This document shows, in pieces, positions 13,890 through 25,800 of a stretch of 64,000 nucleotides of DNA. The first letter of the stretch is position 1; each line of letters opens with the position of its first letter. Source of the DNA: Selaginella moellendorffii (Eukaryota > Plantae > Lycopodiophyta); NCBI RefSeq assembly GCF_000143415.4, contig NW_003314393.1:315175-379174 (forward strand), read 5' to 3'. The translations under genes and the position numbers were made by a program. The notes beneath the pieces are model-generated. The model did not search any database. It had not been told where the DNA came from and worked only from the letters and a program-made list of their open reading frames with translations.

Positions 13890-14745
13890 GTGTTCCGCCG
13901 CTCACTTGATGAAAAGATCACTCGCACAAAGATGAGATCACCCACTTTATATTCTCTGAATTAATGATGCTCATTAGCAAACTTCTCTGCTTTATCCTAA
14001 GCTGCCTACAAATTCCATTTGCACACCACCAGAATCTCATCAAGTTCTGTGGCCAAATTAGTCGCCTCAAAATCAAGCTTATCTTGAATTTCCTTACTCA
14101 AATCCAATCCCAACTCCACCACTATTTGGGGATGCCTTCCAAACATGGCAAAGTAAGGACTTAGTTTGGTTCCACTGTATTGGCTATTATTGTAAGCAAA
14201 TTGCACCAATGGAAGATAAAGAACTCACTATCCTGGCTTTTGACCAATGCTACAATGTAACATATCCTCCACCACCTGATTTACACATTTAGTTTGCCCA
14301 TCCGTTTAAGGATTATCTCCACTCGAGAGTTTCAAAGTCACTTGCATAGCCTTTGTAAAGCTCTTCCAAAATCCACTGGTGAACTTTGAAACTTGATCAC
14401 TAATAATGTCCTTCGAGAAACCAAAATCAGGAAAAAACCTTCTCCAAATAAACCGCAACCAAGTCTAAAGTAGTGATAATCTTCTGAAGAGCCAACAATG
14501 GCATATACTTCGTCAACTAATCCACTATGACCCATCCTTGCTCTTTTTGCCTTTGTGTTTGTAGCAAACAAGTGATGAAATCCATAAAGATACTACACCA
14601 ACAGCTCTACGGAATAGGTAAAAGTTGCAAAAATCCCCCCCGGCTTCTCCCATGGCACTTTAACCTGCTGACAAAGCTTGCATGATTTACAATACTTGAG
14701 GATATCAATTTTCATATTCCTCCAATAAAAATTGAGGTTTAGTCT
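13890..14745 (-). pseudogene. Decayed Ty3/gypsy integrase fragment
   Basis: QFAYNNSQYSGTKLSPYFAMFGRHP; homologous to the + strand integrase at 18978-19597. Confidence 0.8.
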
Positions 14746-14925
14746 CCCTAGACCATGCTATGCCACTTCTTGAGGTTCCTCACCACCCAACCACCCCCGA
14801 GCTACCTCCAAAGCTCCACTATACTGCCATTCCACTATGAGCCCTAGGGTAGGTTAAGTCCTAACATGCCTTAATATACCTTTTAGCCTCCCTTTGACCA
14901 ATGTTGACCACATGGTCAAAGCCTT
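14746..14925 (-). repeat. Fragment of a short (~220-230 bp) LTR family
   Basis: Matches 19672-19903, 49777-49993 and ~50683-50893. Confidence 0.75.
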
Positions 14926-15135
14926 ATATTGGTAGCCAAGGACATTTACAGACAACAGCAACAAACTACAACCACCCGAGCAAAAGGAAAGAAGAAGGTG
15001 ATTGTTTAGTCAGTCAAAGATCCCTTGATATCAATTGCAAGTGACTCTCTATTTGCACCAAATTTAGTAACATAGTGAGTGGCTTGTAAACTCCCCTTCA
15101 AGTCACTACTCTCATCTCCTCCTAGGATCTAGCTT

Positions 15136-17895
15136 AGGTAGATTTTGAACTTATGAGTTGAGCTTACGACTTCTCAAACACAAGAAAAACATTGGCTCAT
15201 CTTAAACCAACATTTTTTCATCTTTCCAATTTTGATTTAATCTATATTTCCAAGTAAATTCAACCAATAAAATACAAATATAAATATAGATCCAAACATT
15301 AAAAGCAATCTAAAAACACTTCTCAAGCTCCACAATTGTAAGGCTTGCTTGTGGATGTGATGGTTGATCTTAGGATCTTGGTTTAGTTCTTGCATATAAA
15401 GGTATTAAATGTGCTTGCAGGCTAAATATATCTTTCCAATGTTCTCCATTTATCAATGGGGTTTTATTTAGTTTAGCCTCTATAAACCATAGAGTCCGAT
15501 TTCGACATGCTCGAAACCGGGAAAGAGCTCTTCAAGATTTTTAGGGGGGGTGGGACGAGGGGGACGAAGTAGAACTGGTACTCGAGCCCGTGATGTCTGA
15601 GCTCCAAGCTTTCGAAGTTCCTGATGTGGAACTCTGTCGACTCGGGGAGGTACACGTGCTTTCGTTCCTGAACATGTGCTGCCAAATCCATATTGGTGGC
15701 TTCCACGTCCATTCTTCTTCTCCAGCCTCGCTTCTTCCTCTAAAAAACAGCCACAGCTTCTTCTCCTTCGCTATCTTCCCTTCCTCGCCTCGTTTGATCA
15801 GCGTGTCCAGGCGGGCCGCGAGTGAGACGATCAGTCTGGACCAAACCTTTGAGATAGTTGCTCGAGCCGAGGGGTCCGTGTCCTCGAACAGCCTGGCGCA
15901 GCGAGCCTTCCATATCTCTGCTAGTGTGCATCCCCGAAGCGCATCAAAGAGCTCCTGGTGGAGGTGCGTAATGTGTGTCCGAGTTTGGTTGAGTTGATCA
16001 AAGTGTGGGGCCTCATTGTGTCTCCACTTCCATGCATCAGGATTCTTTGTTTTTCCTTGGATGAAGCTACCCCAGAGTGCTGATTCGTATGTGATTGCAG
16101 CTCCTCCGGTTGACGTTTGTTTGAGCACCGCTGCTGCACCTTCCCATACTTCCTGTGCTGCCGGACATTCCCATAAGATGTGTCGCTGTGTTTCTGTGGC
16201 GCCACAGGTCTTGCAGGCTGTGTTCGGAAGATGTATGGCAACCAGGGAGGGAAGACGTTCTTGTTGGGCCAGCCACATGAAGTAGCGGTTCTTAGCTGAC
16301 CAGCGCCCTTTCCAGATCTTGTTGATGCAGTGTGAGTGGTTCCTGGAACGGATCTGTTGGGCCTTTGCTTTCCGGATGAGGGAGGATCGAGTTGGCACCC
16401 TGATCAGCTTGCGGCCCAGCTTGGTCTCGTACTGGAAGAAGTCCTTGCACGTGGTTCCCCTCCAATGCCACTCTGCAGGATCCCACTTGAGTTCGTCCAG
16501 GGTTTGTTGGCGGAACCAGTAGAGGCGGGCATATTGGTTTTTTGGGATCAGTGGATCAACGTTGGCAGTTTTTTTCTCCATTTGAATCACTCTGATCGGT
16601 TTGGCCCTGCTCATGTCGGGGAGGTCCTCGTACTCGGGGGTAACGATGGGGTACAAGCGTCCAGCCTGTCCTGCCTTGAAGACTAGTCCCGATGCCATGT
16701 TGGGGAGGGTGCATACGATCGATTCGTCCAGCTTCCACCAACGATGGTGTTGATCCTCTTGCAGGTTTAGTCGTTCAAGGCATGCGTGTTTGGCTGCTAA
16801 AAAGGCTGTCTGGAATTTACGCATCCTGTGTTCTGAGATGGTTAATCCGTAGAAAGTACTGATGCGGTCGCGATTGTGGGCCGTCTGGTTGGGCTGGATC
16901 ATGGTGTCTGCCTCTGCGAAGGTTCTCATCCCTGCTCGGTGCAGGTCTCTGCATGTCTGGTCCAGGCCGCGATCCTCTGAAGCTCCGAGCGTTTTACCGT
17001 TGACCGCGAAGAGTTTGCTTAGGAAAATTGGCTGCCGGTCCAGTTGTTCTTTGGTACGAGGTGGTTTACGTTCCAGCTTGCACTTGAATTGCCTCCAGAG
17101 CTTGAACAGCTTTCCTGAGAACGTGTGAGCCTTTGTCATTTTGAGTTTGGTGTCTGAGAAGAGCCATTGTTCGTCTGGCGCCCAGTTTTGTCTGGTGTGC
17201 TCGTTCCTGTCCGGGAGGACTTTCAAAAATTGTGCTCGCAGCAGTATTCTCCATGGTTAATGTTCTCCATTTATGTAAAATCTGGACAGGTACAAGATGG
17301 ATTTTTGTATATTCTAAAAGTGTAGCTCATATCTTTTGACAACTCAATCACAACAACAAACTCTTTAACCATAGCATTGATGTAATTTGTCTTTGTGATT
17401 GTGCACTTTAATTCGTTTGCCAGCTTGATCTTTTCTTGCATACCTTTCAAAATGGAAGACTTATATTATACAGCCTTCCCATTCCTAGCTGGTCGTGTAT
17501 GCTGGTCTAGTGTTGACATTGGTGGCATAATAGTATCAATAGCAACATTTGAGGAAGTCTTCAGCTTGAAACCTACTCCCTCTAGACTTTCAATCTCTTT
17601 TTTCAAAAGATTGCAGCTTCACTTAGCAGCTTCACAGAATCCGGCTTTAAAATAATTGAGCTGTGGATCCCACTTGTATGAGTAACAATAGTTCCACAAT
17701 AGTAAATCCAACTTGACTGACAGCCCTTTATCCCTAGATCTCGACAGCCCTAGAAACATGGCATTGCTAAAGAACTTGAACTTATGCGAGACACTGAGCT
17801 CGACTCCTAATCATTCCGGAGCAACGTGCATTGCTTTTGGCACTGACTCTTTGAATTACCCAATTGATACAAGAAATTGGCTTACGAGTAATAAC
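15136..17895 (-). mobile_element. Decayed right end of another copy of the 22622-31448 transposon family, interrupted by a LINE
   Basis: 15136-15453 and 17275-17895 are the reverse complement of ~30470-31448, including a degenerate TIR (AGGTAGATTTTGAACTTATGAGTTGAGCT) and SWIM-coding sequence. Confidence 0.85.
15454..17258 (-). mobile_element. 5'-truncated L1-like LINE (ORF2 C-terminus with zf-RVT)
   Basis: Open 561-aa frame 15541-17226 with IW...K.RYFMW...RLP and CKTCGATETQRHILWECP; 16-bp TSD AATGTTCTCCATTTAT at 15438-15453 and 17259-17274. Confidence 0.9.
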
Positions 17896-18206
17896 TGTCG
17901 CAAATATAACTTTAGGTATCAAAAGTTACCTATCAGCTAGTCCTTTCAGATATTCTTTTCTTACTGCCATAATTGTAGGAGGTTGGTATTGCTAGACCCT
18001 TTATCAGTTCAAGTGTTAGTAAACTAGACTTTGCATTTATACTTGGCCGGACAAGCATAGGGAAAGAATTCCTAAGTGTCTATTTAGCCAAGCATACTTG
18101 GCCCGGCTTATTAATTCTCTTTTGCTCTATCTTGCACTGGCTTGACAAAAACCCTTGCATATTGAGATTAATATCTTAATATTGTTGGATGATAGCTTAC
18201 CATGCT
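17896..18206 (+). repeat. Decayed 5' part of a LARD-family LTR
   Basis: Similar to 5183-5500 (GGTATCAAAAGTTACCT...GATGATAGCTTACC). Confidence 0.7.
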
Positions 18207-18977
18207 GCAAGCGACTAAATTTTCCATTCTATTTTAGTCACTTAACCACACCTCCAACCACTTGGAGGAGTCTCACTCACAACCTCCCTAAGTCCCATTT
18301 TGGACTTGAACTTGCTAGCCCCGAGAATGGCATCCCTGCCACTCAACCTTTGTACTCGATCCAAGTGCTTCACGTGTCCGATCTCGTGACCGACACCCCA
18401 AGGTACCATTGACATATCAGCCTGTTACGCTAAGCCATGCCCCTTCACCTTGGTTACACCGATGGTCTAACACCACCTGCATCACAGTCCCGTCTCTCCA
18501 GGACAGGGCCATCCGTCCATGAGTGATCATTCCAGATCCACTCTTTAGCATCCTCAGGATGTCCACAGACACGGGGATTAGCCTTCCCCAATACCCCTTT
18601 CCTAGTCCCCACCAAGTCCCTTTCTGCCCATGGCCGTGTTCGCCAACACTGCCACTAGATCGAGGCTCACATGCCCGACCACTAAGTCCCACGGTCCTTG
18701 GGGACTTCCTCACCACCCGACTGTATCTTTGGTCACTACACCAGAGGACTACTCCTCTTCCTTTCCACAGTCTGGGCCTTTGGGACAACATTTCGGAACA
18801 CCGTGGCTTTACGCGGACCTCATGGGTATTCTCCCCGCCTTCCGCCTTTGGGTGCTCTAGCCATGGGCTTAGAGCGAGGTTCCATTGAGCTACGCCGAGT
18901 ATCCAAGTAGGTAGTGCCACCCACATTTGGACTGGGAGCATCGGCCAGTCGATCTCCCAGGGGAACTAGAGCCAGCT
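18207..18977. repeat. Truncated LTR of the 45700-47427 family
   Basis: Colinear with 45700-46473 from TG(C/T)AAGCGACTAAATTTT to GAACTAGAGCC. Confidence 0.8.
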
Positions 18978-19903
18978 CCCCCGTGGTGGAGGATATACTA
19001 CGTTGTAACATTGGTCAAAGGCAAGGACAATGGGATTTATATCTTCCGTTGATGCAATTTGCTTACAACAATAGCCAACACAGTGGAACTAGGCTAAGTC
19101 CTTACTTTGCCATATTTGGAAGGCATCCTCGAACAGCAGTGGAGTTGGGATTGCATTTGAGTAAAGACATTCAAGATAAGCTTGATTCCGAGGCAATTGA
19201 TCTGACAACAGAATTTGATGAGATTCTGGTGGTGTGCAAACAGAATTTGCAAGCAGCTCAGGATAGAGCGGAGAAGTTTGCCAATGAGCATCGCCAATTC
19301 CGGGAATATAAGGTGGGTGATCTCATCTTTGTATGTGTGATCTTTCCGTCAAGTGAGCGGCAAAACACCTTGGTGCCTTTACGGACAGGGAAGAGTGATA
19401 AACTTTCCTATCGATATGCTGGTCCATATGAAGTGCTGGAGCACATTGGTAAAGCGGCTTATAGGGTGCAGTTGCCAGCTGGGGTGAAAATTCATCCGGT
19501 ATTTTATGTCAACCAATTGAAAGGTGTACTATCTCAAAGAGACAAGCCCAATGCCTCCTTGATGTATACGGTTGTGGACAATGGACCAGGAGCTTGAGCA
19601 GGGTTCCCTAGAAAGGGTGATCACTTGTACAACTTGTCCTTGGGACAAGGACTTTGTTGGGGGGGAAGAATTGTTAGGCACCATCTTTGACTACATGGTC
19701 AACATCGGTCAAAGGGAGGCTCAAGGGTATATTAAGGTATGTTAGGGTGGAGGACTTAACCTACCCTAGGGCTCACAGTGGAGCAGTGGCGCAGTGGAGC
19801 TTTTGAGGTAGCTCGGGGGTGGTTGGGTGGTGAGGAACCTTAAGAGGTGCCATAGCATAGTCTAGGGCAACTAGATTTTTGTCTTTTTGCGCTAGATCAT
19901 AAC
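18978..19903 (+). mobile_element. 3' end of a Ty3/gypsy element: integrase C-terminus, PPT and short 3' LTR (19672-19903)
   Basis: QFAYNNSQHS...KLSYRYAGPYEV...KIHPVFYVNQLK; PPT GGGGGGGAAGAAT before TGTTAGG...CATAACA. Confidence 0.85.
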
Positions 19904-22621
19904 ACCCGTCCCCAAACACACTCTCAGAAAGGTACACATGATGGTTCATAAGTATGTGCAGTGGGGTGTGCTTGTCATGGGTAGGATCATTGTAAAGGTT
20001 GCATGGCAATCAACAACACATCCACGAGTCCTAGGAGGACTTGGAGTGATCGATCCGAGCGACATGGCAAATGCACTATGGTACAAAATCCTCCTTATGG
20101 GCCTCCAACCAGGTAACCAACCTTGGAGGCTCATGTTCAGATAGAGCTTGTTGGCAATCCGGCCGAGGCACAACACTGCTAGACTGTGGGAGGAGGATCC
20201 ACGCTGGCTTTTTGCTGAAGGGCTGAAGCAAGTAGTCAAGGGTGGCACACTGGTTCAAGGGTATCTCAGGCTATGGAGCGAGTTTCCAGTCAGTAGGGAA
20301 ATGCCTAGGCACTGTCTCAAGCCTAGAGACTTTGTGGCTCTGCAACGGGACGTGGAGCCAGGCAGGGAACGAGTCAGCTTAGCAGCCTGGACATGGGCAT
20401 TCATGGCCCCAACACCAGCTTGGGAGGATGACAATGTGGAGGTGTGGTTTGTTGTGTCTCCCAAACAGAATATTGGGTGTCCTTTTTGGATTATGAGAAG
20501 CGACATGCTGCTGCCAACAGGAGATGAACAGGCCATGCCGACAGTGATGGATGATGAAGTCAAGGGTAGGATTCGAGTAGTATGATAGGCCCCGAGGTAG
20601 TTGGTGGTGGTTCAATCAATGGCCACACTACAGAGGGATGGCATTCTTAGATGGTGGCGATAGCAACTCATCGAGGATTTAGATTGGGACCTAGTAGCAT
20701 GGAAATGAGGAACAAAGAGCTTTTTCTTGTTTGAAGTCAAGGAAGCACGGGATGGTCTCTTGACTAGTAGGGAGGAAGCCCAAGGGGAGATTCCCAATGT
20801 AGTGCACATGGTTTTGGCCCTTTATCTTATGGTGATTTACCATAGGATAACACCACGAAGCAGAACCTAAACCCTCTTTATGCCACATGATACATGCCAC
20901 GTGTCATATGCCACGTGTCCAGGGACAGTGGTGTGGAACCTAAGGTTCAAGGCTTTGGGCCACTGAACGAAGGAACGGTGCCAAACTCCTAAGCATGAAG
21001 CCAAGGAGTGACGGAACCAATCCATAGAGCAACTCCCTAGCATACAGCCCAAGGAGTGAAGGGATATGAGCCTGGAGTGACTTGGAATAGTCCTAGAGTA
21101 ACCAGCATCCCAATGCCAGGACCAACACGCAAAACGGAGCCAAATGGAGTTTGGTGTTATTTCGGCATACCGGTGGCTTATTGTGAGGATATGGGTACTC
21201 CACCAGCTAGCATAGAATGGAACTTGGGCTAGGCGCAGAACAAGGATAGGCATGTAAGCGGGAGCTAGACTATACCTCAGGTTGGTTGGCCATGCCCAAC
21301 CTACACACTATCCCTACTATACATTTGGATTAGAACCCCCAATAACACCCCCCCCCCCCCCCTTGAGGAACACACGCTTAGGGCTTTCACCCCAAGCTTC
21401 CCTTAGTATCAGGGCTTAGTCTCTGAGACAAGCTTAAAACTTACTAACTAAGTATGGAATGGTGCTAGAATGTGAATTTGGACATGGGACGAACACCATT
21501 GTGTTCAGGCCGATCTTTACATCCATATNNNNNNNNNNNNNNNNNNNNNNNNNNNNNNNNNNNNNNNNNNNNNNNNNNNNNNNNNNNNNNNNNNNNNNNN
21601 NNNNNNNNNNNNNNNNNNNNNNNNNNNNNNNNNNNNNNNNNNNNNNNNNNNNNNNNNNNNNNNNNNNNNNNNNNNNNNNNNNNNNNNNNNNNNNNNNNNN
21701 NNNNNNNNNNNNNNNNNNNNNNNNNNNNNNNNNNNNNNNNNNNNNNNNNNNNNNNNNNNNNNNNNNNNNNNNNNNNNNNNNNNNNNNNNNNNNNNNNNNN
21801 NNNATCGTGGCAATAAGGAAAGATATTCGAAAGGACTAGCTGACAGGTAACTTTCGACACCCGAAGTCACATTCGCAACACCCAAGCTCTAGAAGAAATG
21901 GATTGCACAAGGAGTTGAAGCTAATATAGTGGTGGACAACACACTAGCGTTCTGGAGACTACTGGTAGAGGAGAAAGTCAAGGCCACCGTTTGGTTGGTG
22001 GCAAACAACGGGCTGCTAGTAGGACAGTGTTTTCAAGAGGATGCATGTTGACGATGCAAAGAGTGTGGCGAGCTAGAGATAGCATGCCATGCACTTTAGG
22101 AATGTGATATGGCAAGAGAGGTATGGCGGCAGATCTTCAAGGTGACGCAGGAATTAGGAGACATTCTAGAGTTTGAGGCTCGGAGCGGGGATATCCTCCA
22201 CTGGTTCGAGGGAGCTAGAGGTCCAGCCATCGGTCCAGCGTGGAGGCACATTCGTCGTCATGGACGACACGGATGGAACATGCGAGTCCAGTGGGATGCG
22301 ACAGGGGCTAAAGTCAGGATGTCAGTCTGGGAGGCAATTGGCCACGAGCACTGGTCCATCTAGAGAGCGACTGGAGTGCAAGCACTTTGGGAGGCATGGA
22401 ACCATTGTCACTTTGACGGGCAACAAGCGAGGATATCGGCACTTGTGGCATTGTGGTGGAGACTCACTCTTGCAGTGCTGCATCTTCATTACACCATCCT
22501 AAAAGAGTGGGCAAATGCGAGGCAACTTGAGGAGTGGAGGTCCTGGTGGCTCCCATACTTCGGCAAAATGGTAGGCGGCGAGATTCGCTGGCAGTGGCAC
22601 CCCCATAACTCTGTTGGGGCT
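19904..22621 (+). pseudogene. Decayed L1-like LINE ORF2, interrupted by an LTR and by the 22622-31448 transposon (resumes at 31454)
   Basis: VAWQSTTHPRVLGGLGVID, WEEDPRWLF and a decayed zf-RVT region; resembles the 15454-17258 LINE protein. Confidence 0.75.
20798..21880 (-). repeat. Apparent solo LTR of the LARD family spanning an assembly gap (N 21529-21803)
   Basis: TG...CA ends, reverse complement of 5183-6327, 5-bp TSD CCCAA at 20793-20797 and 21881-21885. The gap could hide a collapsed full element. Confidence 0.8.
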
Positions 22622-22893
22622 GGGTAGTTTTTGAGCTGAGCTCACGAGCTGAGCTCAAGTCAATGAAAGTCAACGAAAGTCAACGGAAGTCAATACAATC
22701 CCCTAACTAGCGAAAGTTTAATGGCACTACCTTAGTTCGTCCTGAACCAAGAATTTTTAACATAAAATCTAGGTGTTTAAGGTATTCCATAAGCTCATGT
22801 AGATTATTGGTTCGACATGAACTAATCTTTTAGTCTACAAAAAAAGAAAATAATATATTAAACAATATAATTTATATTAAAATCAGAATATAT

Positions 22894-25800
22894 TCAATCT
22901 TCTTCTGCTTCCATATCCAGAAAAGTAGAAATGGGTATAGTGGAATGCTCCTTCACTATAGGCTCGTGTTGTATGTAATGTTGTGCCATACGTTCAGCAT
23001 AAATAGGTAAGTGGAATTGACTTTGGTCCATATGATCATCCATATCATCAAGATCAAGCGTGTGGACTGAAACACTGTGTGTGATAAGTGTAGACCTAAT
23101 AAAATAGAAACATTTGAGAATAAATATTATAGATTATTTCAAGCACTAACATCACCTGTCGCAAAATCTCCTAAGAATGTCCTCAAAGGCACCCTCCTTC
23201 TCAAGTGCAAAAACCGCTCGGCCTGTCTCTTTTGCTGCCTGCACCATTGATCCAAATCCTGCTGTAGCATCAAGCACAATCCCCTTTGGCGGACAAAATA
23301 ACTCCAACAAGATTTGCATGGCCGTGACCGAACGATGTCGATAACCAGGGAACGCTGGGTGAAGAACGTCCGAGTCAATCACATTTGGGATGATGTCTGT
23401 AGAGCTGTCATATCCTGGTAAAGCAAGAGCAGCACGCTCGTCAGCTCGTGTGGCATTACGCCGGTTCCCAATGTGGCATAGAGCATGGTAGTTCCAGGAA
23501 TAAATCTGGAAAAAAAAAATAGAATAGAGTTAATTTATAGATAAAGAAGTCACACACCTTTCGCGTCTGCCTGCTAGTGCCTTTTGTGTCCACCGCCATA
23601 CTCGAAAGAAGGCAGCCAGATGAAAACTCAACAAATCCATCATCGTTGTCAGCCAAGTGTGCGAGAAGGCCTTCCCACATTAGAGAGCGAGGAAGGATCA
23701 TGACAACCACACCCTCGTATGTCATGAAGCTGCTCGCAACCTTTAAGGCTTGGGAAATGTGTTGGGCCTGCAACACATTCCATGACGGAGTATCCCCCTG
23801 TGGTGGTGCCATCCCATCGGGAAGATCAAAAAAGATGAAATCGATCTTCCCATAAGGTGTGAGCTGACCCAAACCATGGATCCACCGATCAAGCATGTAG
23901 AGCTCCCGACTAGTAGCATCTAAAAGCTGTGTGTAATCCCCAATGAGAATAGCAACTTCCCCAACACTGGCCGTTGGGGATAGAGGGCGAACCTGAAAAT
24001 CAATTATTAGAACTAAAAGTTGAAGATAAAATTCATGCTTACTAACCTGTTTATGCATCGCTGCAGAGGAGAGCTCTTCTAGGTCGTCATCTGTAGCCGT
24101 AGGGAGGGATGGGAAGAATGTCTTAGTCCGCCGAAAAGACTGATGGCTGCTCTCTGCAACATCTATAAAAAAAAAAGTGAAGTCAAGAATGAATAAAAGA
24201 ATGTTCCAAATCAAAGTCCTTACTCTCATGAAAGGTTTCATGACGGCCCCTTCGGGGGTTGCGAGGAGCAGGTACTGGAATCTCTTGTGCTGGAATTTCC
24301 TGTACAATTTCCTCTGGTTCAACAGTATTTGGATTTGGCATGGTTTCCTGAGTGCTGACTTCTAGGTTTAGTTGTTGAACTTCAACAATGTCGTTATCAT
24401 AGTCAGAAAGAGCCTCTGGAAAATAAGAATATAACTCAAGGTTAATATTTCCTAGCTAAGTGCTGAGTTTCAAGTGAACCTGGATGACATTCAAGGTAGA
24501 GATCTAGCTCGAAGTCCGATGTTGGCATCTGCTCCACGAGTTCAAGGTACCACAGGCATAGCTCCCTCTCATGTGTACAAGGACAGTAGAACTCTGGCTC
24601 ATACATCCCAAGCTTCTTGCCTCTAGTCAGGAGCTTCTGCAAAACACCGGTTGTGTATACCGGTGCGCCGGGGCTATATTTTAAATATCTACAAAGTAAA
24701 ACAAAAATATAAATACCAATATATAAATGAGAATTGAAAAAATACCTGTAAACCATGCGCCTCGCAAGAAATGGTTGTCCTGGTTGGTTCTTGAACTCAG
24801 CCGAACTCGTCCCACCACGTGGAAGCCAACCATTCCCTAGCTCCGCAAGACAAGCACGAATATATTCTTCGAGAGTGATACCTGTGCGGGTGCTGGAAAG
24901 AAACTTCTCATCCCAGACTTGTAGCATCTCCTCACCAGCGGCAATACTCTGAGAAATGTACGCCTTCTCCTTCATCACCTTCTCCATCCTTATCTCGCAG
25001 CGTTTTTCGTTATTTCGCAGCCAAGTGTTGAGAAGTTCCAAGCAGACACTTTGTTCAGCAAAGGACATTTTACTCTTAGAGATGTTGTAAATGAGTTCCT
25101 CCGGTGCTTTACCAGTTCCTACACACACAAAGAGTTATGAAATGTTTCACAAATTTTATAAGAACTTACGAACGCGAGAACAAATCTCGGCAATGCTATC
25201 AAGCCATTCCTGCCCGCGTCGTATGTCTGCAATCGAGAGCAACTTTTTCACCTTTGTTCTCTTCGTATTCAAAATTCGCTACTCAATCGCATGCCACTCC
25301 ATCTCCTTCTGCTGCTCGTCCCCTCGAGCATTTTTAAAGAATGACGCTCTTTCTCCTTTGATTATGGGCTGCAAGAAACATTATGTAAGTTGATACATAC
25401 TTCAATAATAATTTACCTTCGCCCAGACAGCAACTAGAAAATCAAGTGGCAGTTGGTACCAAGTCTGCAATTCTTGGCCTTTCCTAGCTCCTAGCTTCAC
25501 TCGAATTGCTTCAAATACCTCACGATTGTACAACGTTTGGACCTCCTCTAGCGAGAGCATGCCCATAAACCGAAGGTGCTCAATGTCATGTACCAATGTA
25601 TGAGCTTGAAACGCAAATTGGTTTAGCCTGCAAAAACACGATATTAGCTAAGTTTACAAAAAATAAATTCTTACATGTTGATCTTATGGCATGCCATGTT
25701 GAGCTTCACAGTGTGCTCCCGAGTCATTGGTTCGACAAGTGTGACTGGAACACTAATGTGTCGTTCTTCGTCATCTCGGAACTTCTCTTGAATGCACTTC

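Noticed and set aside
21459-21885. ORFs containing X runs
   Set aside because: They span the N assembly gap.
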